This document shows, piece by piece, positions 14,001 to 29,000 of a stretch of 64,000 bases of DNA. Each line of letters begins with the position of its first letter. The stretch's first letter is position 1. The notes beneath the pieces were generated by a model. The model was not told the origin of the DNA. It saw nothing but the letters and a program-made list of their open reading frames with translations, and did not search any database. Where the stretch lies: NCBI RefSeq assembly GCF_009914755.1, contig NC_060941.1; one strand, given 5' to 3'. This DNA comes from the human T2T-CHM13v2.0 reference genome, Homo sapiens. Both the position numbers and the translations under genes were made by a program.

Positions 14001-17000
14001 TTCAACTCACAGAGTTGAACCCTCCTATAGATATAGCAGTTCTGAATCTCTCTTTTTGTGGAATCTGCAAGTGGATATGTGGACCTCTTTGAAGATGTCT
14101 TTGGAAACGGGAATATCTTCACATAAAAATTAAACAGAAGCATTCTCAGAAACTTCTCTCTCATGTTTGCGTTCAACTCACACAGTTTCACATTGCTTTT
14201 CATAGAGCAGTTCTGAAACATGCTTTTCGGACTGTCTGCAAGTGGACATTTGGAGAGCTTTCAGGCCTGTGTTGGAAAATGAATTATCGTCACATAGACA
14301 CTAGAGAGAAGCATTGTCAGGAACTTGTTTGTGATGGTTGCATTCAACTCACAGAGTTGAAGGTTCCTTTTCAACCAGCAGTTTCCAAGCACGCCTTCTG
14401 TGGAATCTGCAAGTGGATATTTGGACCTCTTTGAAGATATCGTTGGAAACGGGATAATCTTCACAGAAAAGCTAAACAGAAGCATTCTCAGAAACTCCTT
14501 TGTGATGTTTGCATTCAACTCACAGAGTTGAACATTCCTTTTGAGAGACAAGCTTTGAAACACTCTTTCTCTAGAATCTGCAAGTGGATATTTGGAGGGC
14601 TTTGAGGCCTGTGGTGGAAAGGGAATTCTCTTCCAGTAAAAACTAGATAGAAGCATTCTCAGAAACTACTTTGTGATGATTGCATTCAAGTCACAGAGTT
14701 GAATATTCCCTTTGACAGAGCACTTTGGAAACTCTCGCTGTGTAGAATCTGCAAGTGGAGATATGGACCGCTTTGAGGCCTATGGTAGTAAAGGAAATAG
14801 CTTCATAGAAAAACTAGACAGTAGCATTCTCAGAAAACTGTTTGTGACGACTGAGTTTAACTCACAAGGCTGAACATTCCTTTGGATGGAGCAGTTTCGA
14901 AACACACTCTTTGTAGAATCTGCAAGTGGATATTTGGGCCTCTCTGAGGATTTCATTGGAAAAGGGATAAGCCGCACAGAACTAAACAGAAGCATTCTCA
15001 GAACCTTCTTCGTGATGTTTGCATTCAACTCACAGTGTTGAACCTTTTTTGATAGTTCAGGTTTGAAACACTCTTTGTGTAGAAACTGCAAGTGGATAAT
15101 TGCACTTCTTTGAGGCCTATCCTACTAAAGGAAATAACTTCTTCATATAAAATCAAGACAGAAGCTTTCTCAGAAAATCCTCTGGGATGATTGAGTTGAA
15201 CTCACAGAGCTGTACTTTCCTTGGGATGGAGTAGTTTCGAAACACACTTTCTGTAGAATCTGCAAGTGGATATTTGGACCTGTCTGAGGAATTTGTTGGT
15301 AACGGGATAATTTCAGCTAACTAAACAGAAGCAGTCTCTGAATTTTCTTTGTGATGTTTGCATTCAAATCCCAGAATTGCACCTTCCTTGGAAAGTTCAG
15401 GTTTGAAACCCTCATTTTGCAGGATCTACAAGTGGATATTTGGACCACTCTGTGGCCTTCGTTCGAAACGGGTATATCTTCACATAACGTCTAGACAGAA
15501 GCATTCTCAGAAACTTTTCTGTGATGACTGCATTCAACTCACAGAGTTGAACACTCCTTTTGAGAGTGCAGTTTTGAAACTCTCTTTCTGTGGAATCTGC
15601 AAGGGGACATGTAGACCTCTTTGAAGGTTTCGTTGGAAACAGAATCATCTTCACAAAAAAATTACACGGAAGCATTCTCAGGAACCCCTTGGTGCTGATT
15701 GTATTCAACTTCCAGAGTTGAACTTTCCTTCGGAGAGAGCAGCTATGAAACACTCTTTTTCTAGAATCTGCAAGTGGATATTTGGAGGGCTTTGAGGTTT
15801 GTGGTGGAAAAGGAAATATCTTCACATAAATACTAGATGGAAGCATTCTCAGAAACTACTTTGTGATGATTGCATTCACCTCACAGAGTTGAACATTCCT
15901 ATTGAGAGAGCAGTTTGGAAACACTCTTGTTGGAGAATCTGCAAGTGGAGATTTGGAGCGCTTTGAGGCCTATGGTACTAAAGGGAATAGCTTCATATAA
16001 AAACTAGGCAGAAGCATTCTCAGAAAATACTTTGTGATGATTGAGTTTAACTCACAGAGCTGAACATTCCTTTGGATGGAGCAGGTTTGAAACACACTTT
16101 TTGTAGAATCTGCAAGTGGATATTTGGACCTCTCTGAGGATTTCGTTGGAAACGGGATAACTGCACCTAACTAAACAGAAGCATTCTCAGAAACTTCTTT
16201 GTGATATTTGCATTCAAATCCCAGAGTTGAAACTTCCTTTGATAGGTCAGGTTTGAAACACTCTTTCTGTACGATCTGCAAGTGGATATTTGGACCACTC
16301 TGTGGCCTTCGTTCGAAACGGGTACATCTTCACATAACATCTAGACAGAAGCCTTCTCAGAAACTTCTCTGTGATGATTGCATTCAACTCACAGAGTTGA
16401 ACCCTCCTATAGATATAGCAGTTCTGAATCTCTCTTTTTGTGGAATCTGCAAGTGGATATGTGGACCTCTTTGAAGATGTCTTTGGAAACGGGAATATCT
16501 TCACATAAAAATTAAACAGAAGCATTCTCAGAAACTTCTCTCTCATGTTTGCGTTCAACTCACACAGTTTCACATTGCTTTTCATAGAGCAGTTCTGAAA
16601 CATGCTTTTCGGACTGTCTGCAAGTGGACATTTGGAGAGCTTTCAGGCCTGTGTTGGAAAATGAATTATCGTCACATAGACACTAGAGAGAAGCATTGTC
16701 AGGAACTTGTTTGTGATGGTTGCATTCAACTCACAGAGTTGAAGGTTCCTTTTCAAACAGCAGTTTCCAAGCACGCCTTCTGTGGAATCTGCAAGTGGAT
16801 ATTTGGACCTCTTTGAAGATATCGTTGGAAACGGGATAATCTTCACAGAAAAGCTAAACAGAAGCATTCTCAGAAACTCCTTTGTGATGTTTGCATTCAA
16901 CTCACAGAGTTGAACATTCCTTTTGAGAGACAAGCTTTGAAACACTCTTTCTCTAGAATCTGCAAGTGGATATTTGGAGGGCTTTGAGGCCTGTGCTGGA

Positions 17001-20000
17001 AAGGGAATTCTCTTCCAGTAAAAACTAGATAGAAGCATTCTCAGAAACTACTTTGTGATGATTGCATTCAAGTCACAGAGTTGAATATTCCCTTTGACAG
17101 AGCACTTTGGAAACTCTCGCTGTGTAGAATCTGCAAGTGGAGATATGGACCGCTTTGAGGCCTATGGTAGTAAAGGAAATAGCTTCATAGAAAAACTAGA
17201 CAGTAGCATTCTCAGAAAACTGTTTGTGACGACTGAGTTTAACTCACAAGGCTGAACATTCCTTTGGATGGAGCAGTTTCGAAACACACTCTTTGTAGAA
17301 TCTGCAAGTGGATATTTGGGCCTCTCTGAGGATTTCATTGGAAAAGGGATAAGCCGCACAGAACTAAACAGAAGCATTCTCAGAACCTTCTTCGTGATGT
17401 TTGCATTCAACTCACAGTGTTGAACCTTTTTTGATAGTTCAGGTTTGAAACACTCTTTGTGTAGAAACTGCAAGTGGATAATTGCACTTCTTTGAGGCCT
17501 ATCCTACTAAAGGAAATAACTTCTTCATATAAAATCAAGACAGAAGGTTTCTCAGAAAATCCTCTGGGATGATTGAGTTGAACTCACAGAGCTGTACTTT
17601 CCTTGGGATGGAGTAGTTTCGAAACACACTTTCTGTAGAATCTGCAAGTGGATATTTGGACCTGTCTGAGGAATTTGTTGGTAACGGGATAATTTCAGCT
17701 AACTAAACAGAAGCAGTCTCTGAATTTTCTTTGTGATGTTTGCATTCAAATCCCAGAATTGCACCTTCCTTGGAAAGTTCAGGTTTGAAACCCTCATTTT
17801 GCAGGATCTACAAGTGGATATTTGGACCACTCTGTGGCCTTCGTTCGAAACGGGTATATCTTCACATAACGTCTAGACAGAAGCATTCTCAGAAACTTTT
17901 CTGTGATGACTGCATTCAACTCACAGAGTTGAACACTCCTTTTGAGAGCGCAGTTTTGAAACTCTCTTTCTGTGGAATCTGCAAGGGGACATGTAGACCT
18001 CTTTGAAGGTTTCGTTGGAAACAGAATCATCTTCACAAAAAAATTACACGGAAGCATTCTCAGGAACCCCTTGGTGCTGATTGTATTCAACTTCCAGAGT
18101 TGAACTTTCCTTCGGAGAGAGCAGCTATGAAACACTCTTTTTCGAGAATCTGCAAGTGGATATTTGGAGGGCTTTGAGGTTTGTGGTGGAAAAGGAAATA
18201 TCTTCACATAAATACTAGATGGAAGCATTCTCAGAAACTACTTTGTGATGATTGCATTCACCTCACAGAGTTGAACATTCCTATTGAGAGAGCAGTTTGG
18301 AAACACTCTTGTTGGAGAATCTGCAAGTGGAGATTTGGAGCGCTTTGAGGCCTATGGTACTAAAGGGAATAGCTTCATATAAAAACTAGGCAGAAGCATT
18401 CTCAGAAAATACTTTGTGATGATTGAGTTTAACTCACAGAGCTGAACATTCCTTTGGATGGAGCAGGTTTGAAACACACTTTTTGTAGAATCTGCAAGTG
18501 GATATTTGGACCTCTCTGAGGATTTCGTTGGAAACGGGATAACTGCACCTAACTAAACAGAAGCATTCTCAGAAACTTCTTTGTGATATTTGCATTCAAA
18601 TCCCAGAGTTGAAACTTCCTTTGATAGGTCAGGTTTGAAACACTCTTTCTGTACGATCTGCAAGTGGATATTTGGACCACTCTGTGGCCTTCGTTCGAAA
18701 CGGGTACATCTTCACATAACATCTAGACAGAAGCCTTCTCAGAAACTTCTCTGTGATGATTGCATTCAACTCACAGAGTTGAACCCTCCTATAGATATAG
18801 CAGTTCTGAATCTCTCTTTTTGTGGAATCTGCAAGTGGATATGTGGACCTCTTTGAAGATGTCTTTGGAAACGGGAATATCTTCACATAAAAATTAAACA
18901 GAAGCATTCTCAGAAACTTCTCTCTCATGTTTGCGTTCAACTCACACAGTTTCACATTGCTTTTCATAGAGCAGTTCTGAAACATGCTTTTCGGACTGTC
19001 TGCAAGTGGACATTTGGAGAGCTTTCAGGCCTGTGTTGGAAAATGAATTATCGTCACATAGACACTAGAGAGAAGCATTGTCAGGAACTTGTTTGTGATG
19101 GTTGCATTCAACTCACAGAGTTGAAGGTTCCTTTTCAACCAGCAGTTTCCAAGCACGCCTTCTGTGGAATCTGCAAGTGGATATTTGGACCTCTTTGAAG
19201 ATATCGTTGGAAACGGGATAATCTTCACAGAAAAGCTAAACAGAAGCATTCTCAGAAACTCCTTTGTGATGTTTGCATTCAACTCACAGAGTTGAACATT
19301 CCTTTTGAGAGACAAGCTTTGAAACACTCTTTCTCTAGAATCTGCAAGTGGATATTTGGAGGGCTTTGAGGCCTGTGGTGGAAAGGGAATTCTCTTCCAG
19401 TAAAAACTAGATAGAAGCATTCTCAGAAACTACTTTGTGATGATTGCATTCAAGTCACAGAGTTGAATATTCCCTTTGACAGAGCACTTTGGAAACTCTC
19501 GCTGTGTAGAATCTGCAAGTGGAGATATGGACCGCTTTGAGGCCTATGGTAGTAAAGGAAATAGCTTCATAGAAAAACTAGACAGTAGCATTCTCAGAAA
19601 ACTGTTTGTGACGACTGAGTTTAACTCACAAGGCTGAACATTCCTTTGGATGGAGCAGTTTCGAAACACACTCTTTGTAGAATCTGCAAGTGGATATTTG
19701 GGCCTCTCTGAGGATTTCATTGGAAAAGGGATAAACCGCACAGAACTAAACAGAAGCATTCTCAGAACCTTCTTCGTGATGTTTGCATTCAACTCACAGT
19801 GTTGAACCTTTTTTGATAGTTCAGGTTTGAAACACTCTTTTTGTAGAAACTGCAAGTGGATAATTGCACTTCTTTGAGGCCTATCCTACTAAAGGAAATA
19901 ACTTCTTCATATAAAATCAAGACAGAAGGTTTCTCAGAAAATCCTCTGGGATGATTGAGTTGAACTCACAGAGCTGTACTTTCCTTGGGATGGAGTAGTT

Positions 20001-23000
20001 TCGAAACACACTTTCTGTAGAATCTGCAAGTGGATATTTGGACCTGTCTGAGGAATTTGTTGGTAACGGGATAATTTCAGCTAACTAAACAGAAGCAGTC
20101 TCTGAATTTTCTTTGTGATGTTTGCATTCAAATCCCAGAATTGCACCTTCCTTGGAAAGTTCAGGTTTGAAACCCTCATTTTGCAGGATCTACAAGTGGA
20201 TATTTGGACCACTCTGTGGTCTTCGTTCGAAACGGGTATATCTTCACATAACGTCTAGACAGAAGCATTCTCAGAAACTTTTCTGTGATGACTGCATTCA
20301 ACTCACAGAGTTGAACACTCCTTTTGAGAGCGCAGTTTTGAAACTCTCTTTCTGTGGAATCTGCAAGGGGACATGTAGACCTCTTTGAAGGTTTCGTTGG
20401 AAACAGAATCATCTTCACAAAAAAATTACACGGAAGCATTCTCAGGAACCCCTTGGTGCTGATTGTATTCAACTTCCAGAGTTGAACTTTCCTTCGGAGA
20501 GAGCAGCTATGAAACACTCTTTTTCGAGAATCTGCAAGTGGATATTTGGAGGGCTTTGAGGTTTGTGGTGGAAAAGGAAATATCTTCACATAAATACTAG
20601 ATGGAAGCATTCTCAGAAACTACTTTGTGATGATTGCATTCACCTCACAGAGTTGAACATTCCTATTGAGAGAGCAGTTTGGAAACACTCTTGTTGGAGA
20701 ATCTGCAAGTGGAGATTTGGAGCGCTTTGAGGCCTATGGTACTAAAGGGAATAGCTTCATATAAAAACTAGGCAGAAGCATTCTCAGAAAATACTTTGTG
20801 ATGATTGAGTTTAACTCACAGAGCTGAACATTCCTTTGGATGGAGCAGGTTTGAAACACACTTTTTGTAGAATCTGCAAGTGGATATTTGGACCTCTCTG
20901 AGGATTTCGTTGGAAACGGGATAACTGCACCTAACTAAACAGAAGCATTCTCAGAAACTTCTTTGTGATATTTGCATTCAAATCCCAGAGTTGAAACTTC
21001 CTTTGATAGGTCAGGTTTGAAACACTCTTTCTGTACGATCTGCAAGTGGATATTTGGACCACTCTGTGGCCTTCGTTCGAAACGGGTACATCTTCACATA
21101 ACATCTAGACAGAAGCCTTCTCAGAAACTTCTCTGTGATGATTGCATTCAACTCACAGAGTTGAACCCTCCTATAGATATAGCAGTTCTGAATCTCTCTT
21201 TTTGTGGAATCTGCAAGTGGATATGTGGACCTCTTTGAAGATGTCTTTGGAAACGGGAATATCTTCACATAAAAATTAAACAGAAGCATTCTCAGAAACT
21301 TCTCTCTCATGTTTGCGTTCAACTCACACAGTTTCACATTGCTTTTCATAGAGCAGTTCTGAAACATGCTTTTCGGACTGTCTGCAAGTGGACATTTGGA
21401 GAGCTTTCAGGCCTGTGTTGGAAAATGAATTATCGTCACATAGACACTAGAGAGAAGCATTGTCAGGAACTTGTTTGTGATGGTTGCATTCAACTCACAG
21501 AGTTGAAGGTTCCTTTTCAAACAGCAGTTTCCAAGCACGCCTTCTGTGGAATCTGCAAGTGGATATTTGGACCTCTTTGAAGATATCGTTGGAAACGGGA
21601 TAATCTTCACAGAAAAGCTAAACAGAAGCATTCTGAGAAACTCCTTTGTGATGTTTGCATTCAACTCACAGAGTTGAACATTCCTTTTGAGAGACAAGCT
21701 TTGAAACACTCTTTCTCTAGAATCTGCAAGTGGATATTTGGAGGGCTTTGAGGCCTGTGGTGGAAAGGGAATTCTCTTCCAGTAAAAACTAGATAGAAGC
21801 ATTCTCAGAAACTACTTTGTGATGATTGCATTCAAGTCACAGAGTTGAATATTCCCTTTGACAGAGCACTTTGGAAACTCTCGCTGTGTAGAATCTGCAA
21901 GTGGAGATATGGACCGCTTTGAGGCCTATGGTAGTAAAGGAAATAGCTTCATAGAAAAACTAGACAGTAGCATTCTCAGAAAACTGTTTGTGACGACTGA
22001 GTTTAACTCACAAGGCTGAACATTCCTTTGGATGGAGCAGTTTCGAAACACACTCTTTGTAGAATCTGCAAGTGGATATTTGGGCCTCTCTGAGGATTTC
22101 ATTGGAAAAGGGATAAACCGCACAGAACTAAACAGAAGCATTCTCAGAACCTTCTTCGTGATGTTTGCATTCAACTCACAGTGTTGAACCTTTTTTGATA
22201 GTTCAGGTTTGAAACACTCTTTTTGTAGAAACTGCAAGTGGATAATTGCACTTCTTTGAGGCCTATCCTACTAAAGGAAATAACTTCTTCATATAAAATC
22301 AAGACAGAAGCTTTCTCAGAAAATCCTCTGGGATGATTGAGTTGAACTCACAGAGCTGTACTTTCCTTGGGATGGAGTAGTTTCGAAACACACTTTCTGT
22401 AGAATCTGCAAGTGGATATTTGGACCTGTCTGAGGAATTTGTTGGTAACGGGATAATTTCAGCTAACTAAACAGAAGCAGTCTCTGAATTTTCTTTGTGA
22501 TGTTTGCATTCAAATCCCAGAATTGCACCTTCCTTGGAAAGTTCAGGTTTGAAACCCTCATTTTGCAGGATCTACAAGTGGATATTTGGACCACTCTGTG
22601 GCCTTCGTTCGAAACGGGTATATCTTCACATAACGTCTAGACAGAAGCATTCTCAGAAACTTTTCTGTGATGACTGCATTCAACTCACAGAGTTGAACAC
22701 TCCTTTTGAGAGCGCAGTTTTGAAACTCTCTTTCTGTGGAATCTGCAAGGGGACATGTAGACCTCTTTGAAGGTTTCGTTGGAAACAGAATCATCTTCAC
22801 AAAAAAATTACACGGAAGCATTCTCAGGAACCCCTTGGTGCTGATTGTATTCAACTTCCAGAGTTGAACTTTCCTTCGGAGAGAGCAGCTATGAAACACT
22901 CTTTTTCTAGAATCTGCAAGTGGATATTTGGAGGGCTTTGAGGCTTGTGGTGGAAAAGGAAATATCTTCACATAAATACTAGATGGAAGCATTCTCAGAA

Positions 23001-26000
23001 ACTACTTTGTGATGATTGCATTCACCTCACAGAGTTGAACATTCCTATTGAGAGAGCAGTTTGGAAACACTCTTGTTGGAGAATCTGCAAGTGGAGATTT
23101 GGAGCGCTTTGAGGCCTATGGTACTAAAGGGAATAGCTTCATATAAAAACTAGGCAGAAGCATTCTCAGAAAATACTTTGTGATGATTGAGTTTAACTCA
23201 CAGAGCTGAACATTCCTTTGGATGGAGCAGGTTTGAAACACACTTTTTGTAGAATCTGCAAGTGGATATTTGGACCTCTCTGAGGATTTCGTTGGAAACG
23301 GGATAACTGCACCTAACTAAACAGAAGCATTCTCAGAAACTTCTTTGTGATATTTGCATTCAAATCCCAGAGTTGAAACTTCCTTTGATAGGTCAGGTTT
23401 GAAACACTCTTTCTGTACGATCTGCAAGTGGATATTTGGACCACTCTGTGGCCTTCGTTCGAAACGGGTACATCTTCACATAACATCTAGACAGAAGCCT
23501 TCTCAGAAACTTCTCTGTGATGATTGCATTCAACTCACAGAGTTGAACCCTCCTATAGATATAGCAGTTCTGAATCTCTCTTTTTGTGGAATCTGCAAGT
23601 GGATATGTGGACCTCTTTGAAGATGTCTTTGGAAACGGGAATATCTTCACATAAAAATTAAACAGAAGCATTCTCAGAAACTTCTCTCTCATGTTTGCGT
23701 TCAACTCACACAGTTTCACATTGCTTTTCATAGAGCAGTTCTGAAACATGCTTTTCGGACTGTCTGCAAGTGGACATTTGGAGAGCTTTCAGGCCTGTGT
23801 TGGAAAATGAATTATCGTCACATAGACACTAGAGAGAAGCATTGTCAGGAACTTGTTTGTGATGGTTGCATTCAACTCACAGAGTTGAAGGTTCCTTTTC
23901 AAACAGCAGTTTCCAAGCACGCCTTCTGTGGAATCTGCAAGTGGATATTTGGACCTCTTTGAAGATATCGTTGGAAACGGGATAATCTTCACAGAAAAGC
24001 TAAACAGAAGCATTCTCAGAAACTCCTTTGTGATGTTTGCATTCAACTCACAGAGTTGAACATTCCTTTTGAGAGACAAGCTTTGAAACACTCTTTCTCT
24101 AGAATCTGCAAGTGGATATTTGGAGGGCTTTGAGGCCTGTGGTGGAAAGGGAATTCTCTTCCAGTAAAAACTAGATAGAAGCATTCTCAGAAACTACTTT
24201 GTGATGATTGCATTCAAGTCACAGAGTTGAATATTCCCTTTGACAGAGCACTTTGGAAACTCTCGCTGTGTAGAATCTGCAAGTGGAGATATGGACCGCT
24301 TTGAGGCCTATGGTAGTAAAGGAAATAGCTTCATAGAAAAACTAGACAGTAGCATTCTCAGAAAACTGTTTGTGACGACTGAGTTTAACTCACAAGGCTG
24401 AACATTCCTTTGGATGGAGCAGTTTCGAAACACACTCTTTGTAGAATCTGCAAGTGGATATTTGGGCCTCTCTGAGGATTTCATTGGAAAAGGGATAAGC
24501 CGCACAGAACTAAACAGAAGCATTCTCAGAACCTTCTTCGTGATGTTTGCATTCAACTCACAGTGTTGAACCTTTTTTGATAGTTCAGGTTTGAAACACT
24601 CTTTGTGTAGAAACTGCAAGTGGATAATTGCACTTCTTTGAGGCCTATCCTACTAAAGGAAATAACTTCTTCATATAAAATCAAGACAGAAGGTTTCTCA
24701 GAAAATCCTCTGGGATGATTGAGTTGAACTCACAGAGCTGTACTTTCCTTGGGATGGAGTAGTTTCGAAACACACTTTCTGTAGAATCTGCAAGTGGATA
24801 TTTGGACCTGTCTGAGGAATTTGTTGGTAACGGGATAATTTCAGCTAACTAAACAGAAGCAGTCTCTGAATTTTCTTTGTGATGTTTGCATTCAAATCCC
24901 AGAATTGCACCTTCCTTGGAAAGTTCAGGTTTGAAACCCTCATTTTGCAGGATCTACAAGTGGATATTTGGACCACTCTGTGGCCTTCGTTCGAAACGGG
25001 TATATCTTCACATAACGTCTAGACAGAAGCATTCTCAGAAACTTTTCTGTGATGACTGCATTCAACTCACAGAGTTGAACACTCCTTTTGAGAGCGCAGT
25101 TTTGAAACTCTCTTTCTGTGGAATCTGCAAGGGGACATGTAGAACTCTTTGAAGGTTTCGTTGGAAACAGAATCATCTTCACAAAAAAATTACACGGAAG
25201 CATTCTCAGGAACCCCTTGGTGCTGATTGTATTCAACTTCCAGAGTTGAACTTTCCTTCGGAAAGAGCAGCTATGAAACACTCTTTTTCGAGAATCTGCA
25301 AGTGGATATTTGGAGGGCTTTGAGGTTTGTGGTGGAAAAGGAAATATCTTCACATAAATACTAGATGGAAGCATTCTCAGAAACTACTTTGTGATGATTG
25401 CATTCACCTCACAGAGTTGAACATTCCTATTGAGAGAGCAGTTTGGAAACACTCTTGTTGGAGAATCTGCAAGTGGAGATTTGGAGCGCTTTGAGGCCTA
25501 TGGTACTAAAGGGAATAGCTTCATATAAAAACTAGGCAGAAGCATTCTCAGAAAATACTTTGTGATGATTGAGTTTAACTCACAGAGCTGAACATTCCTT
25601 TGGATGGAGCAGGTTTGAAACACACTTTTTGTAGAATCTGCAAGTGGATATTTGGACCTCTCTGAGGATTTCGTTGGAAACGGGATAACTGCACCTAACT
25701 AAACAGAAGCATTCTCAGAAACTTCTTTGTGATATTTGCATTCAAATCCCAGAGTTGAAACTTCCTTTGATAGGTCAGGTTTGAAACACTCTTTCTGTAC
25801 GATCTGCAAGTGGATATTTGGACCACTCTGTGGCCTTCGTTCGAAACGGGTACATCTTCACATAACATCTAGACAGAAGCCTTCTCAGAAACTTCTCTGT
25901 GATGATTGCATTCAACTCACAGAGTTGAACCCTCCTATAGATATAGCAGTTCTGAATCTCTCTTTTTGTGGAATCTGCAAGTGGATATGTGGACCTCTTT

Positions 26001-29000
26001 GAAGATGTCTTTGGAAACGGGAATATCTTCACATAAAAATTAAACAGAAGCATTCTCAGAAACTTCTCTCTCATGTTTGCGTTCAACTCACACAGTTTCA
26101 CATTGCTTTTCATAGAGCAGTTCTGAAACATGCTTTTCGGACTGTCTGCAAGTGGACATTTGGAGAGCTTTCAGGCCTGTGTTGGAAAATGAATTATCGT
26201 CACATAGACACTAGAGAGAAGCATTGTCAGGAACTTGTTTGTGATGGTTGCATTCAACTCACAGAGTTGAAGGTTCCTTTTCAAACAGCAGTTTCCAAGC
26301 ACGCCTTCTGTGGAATCTGCAAGTGGATATTTGGACCTCTTTGAAGATATCGTTGGAAACGGGATAATCTTCACAGAAAAGCTAAACAGAAGCATTCTCA
26401 GAAACTCCTTTGTGATGTTTGCATTCAACTCACAGAGTTGAACATTCCTTTTGAGAGACAAGCTTTGAAACACTCTTTCTCTAGAATCTGCAAGTGGATA
26501 TTTGGAGGGCTTTGAGGCCTGTGGTGGAAAGGGAATTCTCTTCCAGTAAAAACTAGATAGAAGCATTCTCAGAAACTACTTTGTGATGATTGCATTCAAG
26601 TCACAGAGTTGAATATTCCCTTTGACAGAGCACTTTGGAAACTCTCGCTGTGTAGAATCTGCAAGTGGAGATATGGACCGCTTTGAGGCCTATGGTAGTA
26701 AAGGAAATAGCTTCATAGAAAAACTAGACAGTAGCATTCTCAGAAAACTGTTTGTGACGACTGAGTTTAACTCACAAGGCTGAACATTCCTTTGGATGGA
26801 GCAGTTTCGAAACACACTCTTTGTAGAATCTGCAAGTGGATATTTGGGCCTCTCTGAGGATTTCATTGGAAAAGGGATAAGCCGCACAGAACTAAACAGA
26901 AGCATTCTCAGAACCTTCTTCGTGATGTTTGCATTCAACTCACAGTGTTGAACCTTTTTTGATAGTTCAGGTTTGAAACACTCTTTGTGTAGAAACTGCA
27001 AGTGGATAATTGCACTTCTTTGAGGCCTATCCTACTAAAGGAAATAACTTCTTCATATAAAATCAAGACAGAAGGTTTCTCAGAAAATCCTCTGGGATGA
27101 TTGAGTTGAACTCACAGAGCTGTACTTTCCTTGGGATGGAGTAGTTTCGAAACACACTTTCTGTAGAATCTGCAAGTGGATATTTGGACCTGTCTGAGGA
27201 ATTTGTTGGTAACGGGATAATTTCAGCTAACTAAACAGAAGCAGTCTCTGAATTTTCTTTGTGATGTTTGCATTCAAATCCCAGAATTGCACCTTCCTTG
27301 GAAAGTTCAGGTTTGAAACCCTCATTTTGCAGGATCTACAAGTGGATATTTGGACCACTCTGTGGCCTTCGTTCGAAACGGGTATATCTTCACATAACGT
27401 CTAGACAGAAGCATTCTCAGAAACTTTTCTGTGATGACTGCATTCAACTCACAGAGTTGAACACTCCTTTTGAGAGCGCAGTTTTGAAACTCTCTTTCTG
27501 TGGAATCTGCAAGGGGACATGTAGACCTCTTTGAAGGTTTCGTTGGAAACAGAATCATCTTCACAAAAAAATTACACGGAAGCATTCTCAGGAACCCCTT
27601 GGTGCTGATTGTATTCAACTTCCAGAGTTGAACTTTCCTTCGGAGAGAGCAGCTATGAAACACTCTTTTTCGAGAATCTGCAAGTGGATATTTGGAGGGC
27701 TTTGAGGTTTGTGGTGGAAAAGGAAATATCTTCACATAAATACTAGATGGAAGCATTCTCAGAAACTACTTTGTGATGATTGCATTCACCTCACAGAGTT
27801 GAACATTCCTATTGAGAGAGCAGTTTGGAAACACTCTTGTTGGAGAATCTGCAAGTGGAGATTTGGAGCGCTTTGAGGCCTATGGTACTAAAGGGAATAG
27901 CTTCATATAAAAACTAGGCAGAAGCATTCTCAGAAAATACTTTGTGATGATTGAGTTTAACTCACAGAGCTGAACATTCCTTTGGATGGAGCAGGTTTGA
28001 AACACACTTTTTGTAGAATCTGCAAGTGGATATTTGGACCTCTCTGAGGATTTCGTTGGAAACGGGATAACTGCACCTAACTAAACAGAAGCATTCTCAG
28101 AAACTTCTTTGTGATATTTGCATTCAAATCCCAGAGTTGAAACTTCCTTTGATAGGTCAGGTTTGAAACACTCTTTCTGTACGATCTGCAAGTGGATATT
28201 TGGACCACTCTGTGGCCTTCGTTCGAAACGGGTACATCTTCACATAACATCTAGACAGAAGCCTTCTCAGAAACTTCTCTGTGATGATTGCATTCAACTC
28301 ACAGAGTTGAACCCTCCTATAGATATAGCAGTTCTGAATCTCTCTTTTTGTGGAATCTGCAAGTGGATATGTGGACCTCTTTGAAGATGTCTTTGGAAAC
28401 GGGAATATCTTCACATAAAAATTAAACAGAAGCATTCTCAGAAACTTCTCTCTCATGTTTGCGTTCAACTCACACAGTTTCACATTGCTTTTCATAGAGC
28501 AGTTCTGAAACATGCTTTTCGGACTGTCTGCAAGTGGACATTTGGAGAGCTTTCAGGCCTGTGTTGGAAAATGAATTATCGTCACATAGACACTAGAGAG
28601 AAGCATTGTCAGGAACTTGTTTGTGATGGTTGCATTCAACTCACAGAGTTGAAGGTTCCTTTTCAACCAGCAGTTTCCAAGCACGCCTTCTGTGGAATCT
28701 GCAAGTGGATATTTGGACCTCTTTGAAGATATCGTTGGAAACGGGATAATCTTCACAGAAAAGCTAAACAGAAGCATTCTCAGAAACTCCTTTGTGATGT
28801 TTGCATTCAACTCACAGAGTTGAACATTCCTTTTGAGAGACAAGCTTTGAAACACTCTTTCTCTAGAATCTGCAAGTGGATATTTGGAGGGCTTTGAGGC
28901 CTGTGGTGGAAAGGGAATTCTCTTCCAGTAAAAACTAGATAGAAGCATTCTCAGAAACTACTTTGTGATGATTGCATTCAAGTCACAGAGTTGAATATTC